A stretch of 63,188 nt of DNA, the filler included, from Rhabdomonas costata (Eukaryota): assembly GCA_019059605.1 (NCBI GenBank). It is 10 parts of 10 records of this genome, joined end to end, with 100 filler letters (N's around TTAATTAATTAA, not from the genome) between each part and the next. Parts side by side here need not be neighbours in the genome. Positions count along the whole stretch, not along the records: positions 51,202 to 57,133 come from JAHMHO010000026.1; positions 57,234 to 63,188 come from JAHMHO010000027.1; 8 more parts are not named here. One strand, given 5' to 3'. A model generated the notes under the pieces. It made no database searches. It had not been told where the DNA came from and saw nothing but the letters and a program-made list of their open reading frames with translations. Position numbers and translations under genes: made by a program. The stretch's first letter is position 1; each line of letters begins with the position of its first letter. Below are positions 51,667-63,188 of the stretch, in pieces.

Positions 51667-54600
51667 TTGAAAAGTTTTGCAGAAGCTACCGATGGCTTGC
51701 CGATCAGGGACGGGGTACAGTCTGCTCGGAGAATCGAGAGGACATATCTTTTTAGGAACCGGAATCCTCATGGTGGTCATGCGAACCTGGCTATTTCCAG
51801 GAAGCAAAACCCCCCAACGCTCGGACCATCAAATATACTTCCACGAAATTGTGTGGTGGATTCGACGGGCCTTTTGGAGCTTCGTTGTGAGCACGGTAGC
51901 CACGGGGTGGTGCGAGTGCGGCCAGGAGGTGAATGCTCACTCGTTGACTTGGGAAATGGCAAGCTCCAGTTCCGCCGCATTCAAGGGTCCTCAACCGCGC
52001 GCCGTGTTGGAAAGATTGCTATGTTTGACAACTCACGAGGGATTGGCAGCACACTGGCAATTTTTCCGGATCATCGACTTGCGTTTGAATATTTGGAGTC
52101 CCTTCCAGGGTTGACAAGCCTTCTTTCGGAAGGCTTTGTGCTGAAAAAGACTCTAAGCGGTGGCTTTGTTCTTATCATTCCTTCCTGGGCGCCTTCAGGG
52201 GTATTTGGATACTCGTGGTCTTTGCTAGACTGCCGGCAGCTGTTTGGCTTTGGCTTTTCAGAGGAAATAAGGAGCATCTTGACTTTCTTGTGCCAGAGGG
52301 TATATGACCTGTACTGGCGTGGTCGACAAGGGTGTCATCCTTGTCTTGGGAAGCCGCCCATGGATGTGTTTTCTATACTCGAGTGGTTTCGGAATCCTGC
52401 CTGTAACACGTGGACTGCAGAAAATGGTTGGCAAGTTGGGGATGGTCCTTTGGCTTGTGGTGAAGCCCTGGGCGGTTCTTCGTTTGCCGCTTCATATGAC
52501 GAGCAGGCCTTGAAAATGGTTATGCAGCACCACAATGAATTGATTGATTTGTTGCGTGCCATTTTGTCTGAGCTTGAAAAGACAGACCGGCGACAGGCTT
52601 TTGACGAGATCGTGCGAAAGGTGGTCACACCTGCTCAGCAGGCATACCTGCAGCCTGACTTTGAGCCCAAGCTCCGAAGATTGCTAGTTGGGGTTTCAAA
52701 CCCGGAGAACAGACTCAAGTTATCTGACATTCTCCTTGGCAGGTATTTGCGGAAGGAGTTCCCGCAGATCTTTTTGCCGTCCGTACTTTCCAACATCTTG
52801 TCCGCGCTTCAGGGGTTGTCCTTCGGAGATGGTTTGTGTGAAAGTTCTGGAACCCCACCTCAAAGCTTTTTGGGCGCGCCTTCGGAACCGGTCAACTCAG
52901 GACTGGATCTTCCTGCCAGTGATTATAGTGACGCTTCATCGCAGCGCAGTCGAAGTGATGTGGATGTTGATCATCAGACGTTATCTCAGGGGTACACGGA
53001 CACCTTGGCGGATTTGACAACCACTGTGTTTCCGCGCGAAGAAGGTTTTGGTTACGCAACTGTGAAAGTCCATGAACTTATAGACGCTATGCCATCGGAA
53101 AGCTTGGAGAAACCCGCGCTAATCACCATTGCGACTTTCATGCTCTCAACTTCGCGGCATAAGAACACCTACGATTCGTGCAATGGAAAGGTTCTTGCTT
53201 ATTTGTTCGACAGCAGAGTTGCCACAAGGGCTGTCCAACAAACTGCGGGGTTTTCCGGACGAACTGGAATCGGTCTCGATCGAACTGCGCTTGTGCCAGG
53301 TGACCTGAAGCGCCGAATTTATGGCTGGCTGGCTGATGTTCTGCGATCTCCACTTGACACCTCATGGAGGGCTGTTTTCTTTGACTATTGTGTGTCTGAA
53401 TGTGTCGGCTGTTTCCCAGTTGTTGAAGACAGCGTAGTTTCCCGGCAAATGTTTGTTGTCGCCTACTGCCTTGCGCAGGCATGCCCTTGTGAGCATATTC
53501 GAGACATGCTCGTCCGGGGTTTCAAGCCCTTTTTGGACAGGCGAGGACAGTTTTGCATTCGCAAAGATGGGCGTTACGGGGTTCAGTTTGTCGATTGCAG
53601 GTTATCAAAGCAGTTGGACAACGTTCAATTGCCTTTTTGTGATTGTGATCTCTCCGGTGATTTTGCATCCAAGGTTGAAGACGAGGTTCTTTATTCCAAG
53701 ATCGTGCAATGCTTTGCCGAGGTAACCTGCTTTGTTTACGTGCGGGGGCTCCGTTCTATCAGCGATCGGCTGCTGAAATGGATTTGCGAGTACACCGAGA
53801 GATGCCCATGGAGATTTGTGATGCTGGAAGCCACTGACTGCACCTTCAATTTTGCTGAAAACCGAGACCGATGCACCTTCCACTTCTACAACCCCGAATC
53901 AGCGAGGCTACCTACAACGGAGGTGGACTTCGCGCGGTGGGACAGGGAATACGCTGATTGGAAGGATACGGCGGGAATTCTTCGTACCTGCTTTGGGGAA
54001 GACAGCGTGGTCTTCAGTACTGAGCAGAGCGATCTGCTGAAAAACTGGGAAGATACAGTGCAAAAGCATTTGATCGTGGATGATTACGCCTTGGTGTATC
54101 TAGTTTCACCTCCAGGTGCCGGAAAGACTTTTTATCTGGAGAATGTGATACAGAAAGAGGTAAACGAGCAGAGAAGGCTGTACAAGCGGGTGGACTGCAG
54201 CAGCGACGAACTGGTGGAGCGAAGCCTTACGGAAATCCTGGAAGAGGCGTTTCCTTCGAAGCAGCCTGGGCTGCTGGTGGCTGACGAGTGGCACATGCTT
54301 TCTTCACAAATGAAGATGGAGCTTCTGCATTGGGTGAGCGCTCGTTCGGAGTTGCAGGCAGTACTGGTTGCCAACCGCACTGTCGGAGAAGATGACACCC
54401 TGTTGGCGGAGTTCCGTGGCTTTCGCCAGTCCATGGGTTGCCCCAATGATGTTGCGACGGTGCATGCCAGGCTACCTGTTGAGAAAATGGTACAAATGTA
54501 CCGGGACTCTTCTGATGGGTCAGAGGCAATGCTTTTCGAGCGCTTCTGTTGTGCCGCCCGAGGCATGTTTGGAGATGGTGCACTTTCCTTGCGAGATGTC

Positions 54601-57108
54601 GCACCCTTCGAGCGTGCGGTGAAACCCGCCCCTGCACAGGATCGACTCGAGGCCCTTTTGTTGCATAAGTTACCTATGGTTGGGCCTTACCTTGGCCATC
54701 GATTTGTGGAGATCATGCTCTCGGAGAATGTCGCGTCACATACTCCGGTGGGCTTGCTGATATGGGCGGCGCTCCTCGACCGCGAGAGCAAGGCGTTGCC
54801 GTACCCCCAGTTCGCACGTAAGCTCAAGAGAAGCCACCAGTTCCACCCGATTTTGCGTCTGATGGCATGGGTGACCTATCTCTGCCAGCTGTACAGGGAG
54901 CCCTGCCCATGCCTCGAACGGCTCGCTCATCTTCAGCTGACTGATCAAGTGGATTTCCCTCGTGTTCAGGGGGAAGGCAGGGCCGCCTCCCTTTCATGTT
55001 GTCAAGCATTTTATAACCCTGGGGAGTACACGGACTTGCTGTGGATGGTGTCCGCCTTGCAGCACGGTCAGGCCATTGACTGGAAGAGCGTGCGGGAGGA
55101 TTGGAGGTTTTTATTTGTTTTCGATTTTTCTGGTTTTTTTTTTGCATTTGATGAAAATTTTTTGTTTACCGTGGCGTTTTATTTATTAGCAAGCGTTACC
55201 TCTCCGACGCCGGAAGGGTTTCTGACCTCATTCACGTAGCCGCTGATCCAGCGACGGTTCTTCGATGCATCGAGAACTTGAACCTGTGCAACCTGATTCG
55301 AATAAGTGAAGGCCCACGGTTGAGTTGCCAAGTGATTGAGCATTACGAGGGCGTGGGTGTGGTTATAGACATGAATACGGAAAACTCGCCGCTTCTGCTA
55401 GCGGCATGGCACGTTGTGCGGCACACGGGTGCCGTGAATGGCCGCTACACTTTCGAGGCATGCTTTCGCGGTGCTCTGGAGTTCCTTTGGTATTTTCCAA
55501 AGTAGTTTTTTCCGCTTATGTTTGTTGATACCCACAATTAGTCAGCGGTGCTAAAGCGGTTCTGTAAGGGGGGCGGGGGTGGGGGGCAAGGGAAGTGCAG
55601 TGCAATTCCAAGTTAGAATACAACAACCCCCCCCCCGGATGTCGTTCTCTGGTTGTTTGTTGTTCGCCTTGCCATAGGATCTTCGACAGAGACTTGAGAA
55701 ACATCGCGTCACTATCCTCGACGTTCTGGTGTGGGCGAGCCGATATGCCTTCCATGTGCTGGACGTCCCGGACGATGTGGAGGGTCGGGAGAGAGCCCTG
55801 AGGCAGCTTCTCGCTGAAGAAACTAACTCTGCTGACACGCGATCCGCGGGATACGTCTCCCAAATGGTATGCCTGGGGCATTGTGGTAGTTTTTTGCCAG
55901 CTTCAGAGTTGCTGGATTCTAGTGCGAGTTTTGGTGTCCGAGTGGGTATTCAGGCTGATGATACCTTTGTTTACTTCGCGCGCGCGCACGCACACACACA
56001 CACACATACACAAACATTTCTTTCTCAACAGGTCATGCTAAAGGGCTTCCTCCCTAGGCCCCCAGCATCGAAGGGAACCCCACCACAAACACGAGTGGGC
56101 TACTTCACCAACTTCCGTGTTTCCACATACACTGGGGATCCATGTCCTACATAATGGCCCATGGGTGTAGGCCCATATAAGGGATCCTTGAAGTGCCCCT
56201 TTCTGGCTTAGCTTCCACAACCCCACAGCCTTGTGTGTTGTTCCTCCTATAGTTTTGTGTTTTAGAGTTTAGAGTTTTGAGATGTTTATGGGTCATAGAA
56301 CTTTGAGGGGTATAGGCCATAGAACACCATGGTCCAGCCGGACTGTAGGCTGGTTTATGGGGCCTATATGCCGGATAGTGGCTACCTCCGGTCTATCTAG
56401 CTCTGTATTTAGGCCGGGGAAGTTGGTATTACTGCACCCTCCACCCCAGATGGTGTGTGTGTGGGGGGGGGCACAACCCCCGGCTTTACTTTATTCCAGC
56501 GACCCCTTCCAAGAAAACTCAAGTTAAAAGCATGAATGTCAAAGCTATCTGATCTTGGAGCTGCACTGAAAAAACTTTGCTTCGGAAATTTTGGATGGAA
56601 GCCTGTGACCATGCCATGCCCTCTTTTGCCATACCCTCCCCCTGGTTTCTGCCAGGTGGACTTGTGGAGCGGCTTGTTCTGTCACCTCTTGCGGCTGGGA
56701 CGCCCTTCCGACGCGAAGCTCGCGGTGAGCTACCCTGTGGCCTTCTTTCTGGCCCGGTCGCAGCACCCACCGCGCAAAGAGTGGCCCGCCTTTGTGCAGC
56801 ACCTCTCTCACGTTCTGCATGGCAAGGCCTCTGCGGAGGATGTCGATAAGCTGTTCGATGAGAAGGCCTGCTTCTGGACGTCTCGCTCACCCGGTGGCAG
56901 TGCCGAGTTAGATGTTCCTGCTCAGCTCTTGGAATGCTTCCTGCGTCTCCGCGGGGCAATGCTCTCGGTCCGGTGGCAGGTTGAGCTGCTTCAGTCCTCT
57001 CTGACTTTATCCCTGCCAGAGGGCGTGGAGTTGTTGGAGGTTAAGAAGCTCTTCACTCCAGGACTGAAAAGGTTGCCCTCCAAGGACAATCTTACCGTCC
57101 TGGAGTGA
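51667..57108 (+). CDS. Large AAA+-type P-loop NTPase protein, paralog A; exons <=51667-55106, 55190-~55500, 55678-55866, 56656-~57108 (start, exon 2/3 join and 3' end uncertain)
   Basis: Walker A SPPGAGKT (~54106-54129), Walker B LLVADEWH and sensor-1-like VLVANR; extensive colinear similarity to the minus-strand gene at 58527-63182. Confidence 0.8.
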
Positions 57109-57238
57109 AGAGCTTCTTAACCTCCAAACAACANNNNNNNNNNNNNNNNNNNNNNNNNNNNNNNNNNNNNNNNNNNNTTAATTAATTAANNNNNNNNNNN
57201 NNNNNNNNNNNNNNNNNNNNNNNNNNNNNNNNNTGGGG

Positions 57239-57381
57239 GGGTTGGAAATATCCGGTGATTATCCATGCACAAAAGCGGTAAGACCTCTTTTAACAATTAT
57301 TCTGCCACCGGAGGGCAATGGTACAATGGCAAAAGGTCTTACCGCTTTTGTGCATGGATAATCACCGGATATTTCCAACCC
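57239..57381. mobile_element. Perfect 48-bp inverted repeat with 47-bp spacer (MITE/foldback-like)
   Basis: 57239-57286 (GGGTTGGAAATATCCGGTGATTATCCATGCACAAAAGCGGTAAGACCT) is the exact reverse complement of 57334-57381. Confidence 0.65.
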
Positions 57382-58526
57382 ACCTAGCTTTCATCTCTTC
57401 GCCCGGTAAAGCCCAGGTTCCATTTTTGCTCCATGTTTCGGCGGTGTTCGTCTTTCACCAGAACACAGGGCGATACCCATTGTTGATTAAAAAACGGATA
57501 AAATATCTGTTGGAAATTGAGGCCGCCTGCTGAAATCACAGTCAGCACAGGAAGCCCTTATATTGAGGAATCCGGAATCCGGAAGCAGCCGACGCTAGGT
57601 GAGAACACCGGGAAGCGCGGGGTCCACATGCGACGTGCGGAGGACGTACATCGCCTCCTGAGAAAGAGGAGGAGCACATCATCCTTCGCAGCTTGGTGGC
57701 GTTGGACCCGAGCGTCACGAGAGCCGTCCGGTGGTCGGGTGATAAGTGTAGATCTCTTTCGCTTAACCCCCTGCTGTGGAGGAGGGAGGCACGGAGGTTG
57801 CTTTGGCAATGCGGCCACAGCCAAAGCAACCTCCGTGCGGCCACTGCGGCCACTGCGGTGGTTCTTCCAGGAGGACAGTAATGGCTCCACCACCGGTGTA
57901 GATTCGGAGCAAACACCTGCGGATCTTGTTGCAGGGCGGAAACAGCCCAAAAAGCTCACGGGATAGCAGACAAAGACGCAGTCGGAGGAACAGGTAGAAT
58001 TGTGGTGGGCCCGAAGATCATTTAACACAGCCATTCAACGAACATACAAACAGACGAGTAAAGGCACCGGAAACATTCGGATGGACCACTTCAAAGCAGT
58101 TCTCATGCCCTCCTTTTGGTCTGTTTTGATTTGACGGCCCTAAAGTAGCCTTGAAAAGGGAACAGACTCACGCCAGAACAGACCCTTACAGAAAGCTATT
58201 GATCTATCCATATTCCTGTGGCCAGCAGGTTGATTGTCACACAAACAAAGCCCATTTTATGCCCATTTTATCTGTCCACGGTCAACTTCTCTGTGGCTCC
58301 GCAGGCGAAAAGTTGATTCGCCCAACCTGGGGTAAAGCAAGTGAAGCACCACAACAAAGATCCAAAGGTAAACGCAGAAACCCATATACACTCTAGAGCG
58401 CAACGTTCTAGATGCCGACCAGCGCAACGGTGGTACTACACACTCGCCAGTGATGCAAATCAGCAGATAAAGCATAACAAGGATGGTTCCACAAAAAGGA
58501 AGGTTGCGGAGCGGAAATATCTCAGC

Positions 58527-61500
58527 TCACTTGAGGCTCTTCTCGTTTTGGGTGAAGGCCTGGAGCAGCTGCTCCAAGTTTGTGGACTCCAGAAATTTCC
58601 CCTGCCCAGCGGTTGCCATTTCTTGTAGCTCAGTGTCCCTGCGGCGTCGGATCTCGTCGCCGAAGCTAATGGTGAAGAACTTTACCTTCATCTCTTTGAT
58701 CAGCTGCAAGATCTCGGGTTGGTCGTGATGAACGGGGTCACAGAGGATGTATCTACATGAGCGGCCCAACACATCCTCCGCAGCACGCGGAGGGGCACCA
58801 TCACCGTCGATGCCATCGGACAAAAAGATGACAACGGGCTTCACTTGCATCGAGGCTTCCGACGACTCACCGCGTCCTAACTTCTGGTGCAGAAGCTGAA
58901 CGACCGGAAGAAACCTGGTCTCGTTCGAGATTTTCTCTCTAAGAACATCGGTTCTTCTATGAAGAACTTGAATTAACGGAACCCGATCCAGCACCAAATT
59001 GGGCTGGTCATTAAATGTGATCACTGTAGCAAGATCTCCGCTCACTACGGCAGAACGTTTTTGGGCAAACTTACCAAGCACCCCCACCACTGCGCCGTAG
59101 CGGCCGTTACAGGCGTGGGTGCGATCGTAATCAGAGCTATCCTTGCTTGTGGCAAAAACTCCCTGAGTGGGAAACCTGCGGATATCCCCGTCTGTGGGCT
59201 GGATATCAGTCTTTCTCATCGATCCACTCTTGTCGATCACAAACAGGAAGTGAAACTTCTGCACTTCACACTTCAATGTGACCGCTGGTGCCCAGGCCTC
59301 CGCGTCGATGGGGGGCCATAACTGCTCATAGGCTGCCTTAAGAATCTCATTCAAGGGCCCAGTCACCCTAATGTGGACCTTGGACGGGAGACGTTTCAGA
59401 CCCGGAGTAAAAAGCTTCTTAATGTCCATCACGTCGGCTCCCTCCGAGAGTGGCAGCGCGACATCCGACTGCAGGATGGCTTCCTGCCAGCGAACAGAGA
59501 GCATTCCTTCCTGAAGACTCAAAAAGCAGTGTAAAAGTTCCGGAGGAACACACAGAGCGGTGTCTGGAGCCCAAAAGCACAGGTGTTCATCAAACAGAGC
59601 ATCAATGTCCTGGGCCGAGCCTTTCTCATGAAGAACGTGGGACAAGCGCTGCACAAACATGGGCCACTCCTCACGCGGGGGGTGTTGCGAATGAGCGAGC
59701 AGGAAGGCGGTGGGGTAGTACTGCACGGCTTCACTGGGACCCAAGCAGAGCAAATGGCAGAACAAGCCACTCCAGAGCTCGACAATGGTGGAGCTGTATC
59801 TCGGGTCCTCAGGGTCCAGGGCGTTGGTTTCAGCGATCAAAAGACGCTGCAGAGAAAGCTCTCGGCCCCCCGGGTCATCGGCCACGTCCAGAACATGGAA
59901 GGCGTTCCGGCTCGCCCAAACCAAGACATCAACTAGGCGAATTCCGTGCTTCTGCACCCTGGTGGGGAGGTCCTGCAGGAAGGAAACCAAAAGGCCGGAG
60001 AGGAACAACGTCGCATTTTGAGCTCGGTGCCTGGAGTGCAGTCTCACTGATTGCGAAGGAAAGGAGCTCAAGTGAACTCAGGGGGGGGGGAGGTGTTCAA
60101 CGGAACAACGTTGCCGCAGGATCATGGCCGAAAACTTGGGCTTTATAATTAACCACTTTTCACTGGCTGAAGCAGTTACTTGCTGGATTTGGTGGATGAA
60201 TGGGGCAGAATATTTTTGGGCACGACTGGGTGGCTGAGACGGCAAAGAAATTTTGCTGCACGAAAACGAGCTCATTAAGGCAAAACCAAATTCAACCTCG
60301 ATGTCATAAACGCCGTCCTTGTTTTTCAAGTGCCGTAGCAGGTGCCACACAGCAAGCATAAGCGGGGAGTTTTCGTAGTCCATCATAGCACTGGTGCCAC
60401 CGGTGTAGTGCTCCACCACCAGGCTACTCAGGCGCGAGCCTTCGCTGATTCGGATCAGATTGCAGAGATTCAAGACGTCAATACACGAGATGACCCTCGC
60501 AGGATCAGGAGCGACGTGAAGCAGATCCGCGAACTTCTCAGCGTCGGAGATGTAGCATTTGCTACAAACAAAATGACATTTGACTTAGCTTGAAAAAGTG
60601 ACGACACATCACTGACTGCAACTGACAGAAACACGAGAAAGTCTATGGCATCTGTTCCCTCGAACAACGCTCGAACTACGGAGGAGGGGTGGCTGCGAAA
60701 CCACATTTAAGTTCGAGTTACATAAGATTCCTGTGGGGGTACTGCTTTGTCATTTACGTAGCCTTTTCCCAGGCATGAAAGCCCACTCCAACAAACTGAA
60801 TTTGTCCAAAAACGTGGGCGCGTAAAAAAAAACTGACCTCCACAGCTCGCGGGCGCCTTTCCAGTCAATGGCTTGGCCATGCTGCAAGGCCGAAATGATC
60901 CAAAGAAGGTCCATATAATCCCCAGGCTGGTAGAATGCCCGGCAGGAAGTAAGCGACGCTACCCTGCACTCACCCACAATCCGTGGAAAGTCGACCTGGT
61001 CAACCATCTGAAGCTGACACAGAAGCTCAATGGGAAGGTGGTCGCGGCGGTAAAGCCCGCACATGTAGATGACCCAGGCCATCAACCGAAAGATGGGATG
61101 GTATTTGTGGCTACCCTCCAAACGGCGCGAAAATTGCGGGTACGACAACGCCTTTTCCTCCACGTCAAGTAGTGCAACAGTAACTAAGACGCCAAAGGCA
61201 GAGTCCGCCGAATCCACACTTGCTCGCACGAGGGAAACAAAGTGATGTGCTGTGTACATGCCTATCATCGGCAGCTTTCGAAGCAAAAGTGCCTCTAGGT
61301 GGGCTTGTTCTGATGTGGACTGAACAGCGTCCTGAAATGGCCTAATGTCTCTCAGAGACAACGCGCCGTCACCGAACAATCCTCGGGCAGCACGACAAAA
61401 GCGTTCAAACAGCTCAACTTTGGGGCCACCGCCAGCAGCCCGGTAAAGCTTCGCCATCTTTTCGACAGTCAGCCTAGCCTCCACAAGTTGAGCCATCGGA

Positions 61501-63182
61501 TAGCAGTCTCCTCTACTGGTGCAGACCTTTTCCAAGAGCTTGGTGTCGTCTCCGATAGTGCGGTTTGCTACTAAAACAGCTTGCAGCCCAGGCCTCACAC
61601 CTACCCATCGTAGCAGCTCCTGTTTCATTGGAAGAGAAAGCATGTGCCACTCATCAGCAACCAGCAGTCCAGTCTGAGTTGACGGAAAGGCTTCCTCCAA
61701 TATGTGGGTCAAACTGAACTCCACCAACTCGTCGCTGCTGCAGTCAACACGTTTGTACATTCGGCCCTGCTTGCTCACCTCTTTCTGAACAATGTTTTCC
61801 AGGAAGTAGGTCTTTCCCGCTCCCGGAGGTGAAACCAAGTAGACCAAGTGGCACGAACTGGACACAACCAAGTTGAAAACAATACTTTCCCAATCCTTCT
61901 TCACGCGAGTCAACTCTGGACGGAAGATCAAACTTTCCTTTCCAAAACAGTGCAGCAACGCCTTGTGGAAGCTTGCAGTATCATTTCCAAGGGCAGACCC
62001 CGAGTCCCACCTGGCGTAGTCAACGTCTGTAGTCGGTGGCGGTGAAAGATCGGCATGAAAGAATCGGTAAATGCACCTGTCACGATTCTCAGCAAAATTG
62101 AAGATGCTGTCGGTGCCCTCCAGCATAACAAATCGCCACGGGAACCGCTCCGTGTACTCACACAGCCACTTAAGCAACCTGTCACTGATGAAAGCCAAGC
62201 CTCGAACATAAACAAAGCACGTGAGCTCTGCGAAGCAACGCGTGATCTTCGAATACAGAATTTCGTCCTGCACACGTGAGACAAAATCAACGGAAAGATC
62301 GCAAGTGGAGTGAGGCAATCCAAACAGAGCCATCTGTTTGCATGTGAGAGAATCGACAAAGTGGACTCCGTACCGCCCGTCTTTCCGAACACAGTAATCC
62401 GCCCGCCTGCCAAGGTGTGGCTTGCAGCAACGGACGAGGATATCCTGTGTTTTCGCAACCGGACACGCCTGTGCAAGACAGTATGCGATAAGGAACATTT
62501 GTCTTGAGATCACATCCTCCTCCGAGGAATCCGGGAAGCTTCGAATGCAGTCCGAAATGCAGTGATCAAAAAACACCGATGTCCACTTCCGGTCGAGTGG
62601 GGAACGCACAATGTCAGCCAGCCAGCCCAAGACGTGGTATTCAAGATCAACACAAGTACTTGAGGAACCCCGAGCAACGGCACACTCGGCAACCTTGCTG
62701 TCAAAAAGAAACGCCAAAACCTTCCCGGAGCACGAATCGTATGTATTTTTGTGCCTGGATTTTGAGAGCACGTAAAAGGTAGGCACAATGTCCGAGCCAT
62801 CTGCATCCTCGAAGCCTTCTGTTGGCATTGCGACGACAACTTCACCCAATTTTGCCGTCGCTTTCCCGAATCCCTCTTCATTTTCTGGAAACAGGATGGA
62901 AATAGCTCCTTTTTTCGATTCGCAAAGGCTGCCCGGAGATGTAAAACTGACTTGCTCCGAATCAACGGGATCCTGGTTATCGGTAGGACTTTCGCAGAGA
63001 ACATCAGCCGTAAAAAGACGCGCCAGATCCCCGTCATCGCTGTCAGGTGCGTCGGCAGCAGAACAGTCAAAACCTGAGTTAACGAGTTCAAATCCCTGCT
63101 TCTCAATAACCTCAGGAGAAGGTATCGGACTGATGTCATCGTTCTGAAAGGCATCCATTTTCAATTTCTGAACCTCAGACAA
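58527..63182 (-). CDS. Large AAA+-type NTPase with C-terminal vWA domain, paralog B, 5'-truncated; exons >63182-60838, 60561-60180, 59972-58527
   Basis: Walker A SPPGAGKT, Walker B LLVADEWH and VLVANR; vWA domain with complete MIDAS (FLFVIDKSGSM, NETRF, VIFLSDG, FFTISFG). GT-AG joins are phase-consistent. Confidence 0.85.
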
Positions 63183-63188
63183 AACACC

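Noticed and set aside
57517-58034. ORFs of 124-158 aa downstream of the vWA gene
   Set aside because: Overlapping frames on both strands with no motif or supportable splice model.
51667-63182. Convergent tail-to-tail cluster of the two NTPase genes
   Set aside because: They lie on different contigs separated by a linker, so adjacency and orientation carry no information.

Overview
This window is not one locus. It is ten unrelated contigs of about 6-7 kb from a fragmented eukaryotic assembly, joined by artificial 100-bp N44-TTAATTAATTAA-N44 linkers. Genes are intron-rich with GT-AG introns and unusually degenerate donor sites; a euglenozoan-like protist is inferred but not proven. Spliced models I could reconstruct are: a cis-prenyltransferase (complete), a myosin head (5' part), a giant SPRY/HERC-like protein (5' part), an M3 metallopeptidase, a class III adenylate cyclase, a conserved hypothetical protein, a Sel1-repeat protein, a TANGO2/NRDE protein with a hydrophobic insert, an R3H-associated-domain protein, and a complete LARP7-type La protein with an xRRM. 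The last two contigs carry paralogous large proteins with an apparently degenerate AAA+ module followed by an intact one; one paralog ends in a MIDAS-intact vWA domain. This pair is the best candidate for an undescribed system. A USP (peptidase C19) frame has TGA exactly at the catalytic Cys position. The window also holds a decayed CRE-like retroelement tail, several inverted-repeat elements and an AT-rich tandem repeat with a 2.7-kb period. All assignments come from reading motifs by eye; no searches were run.
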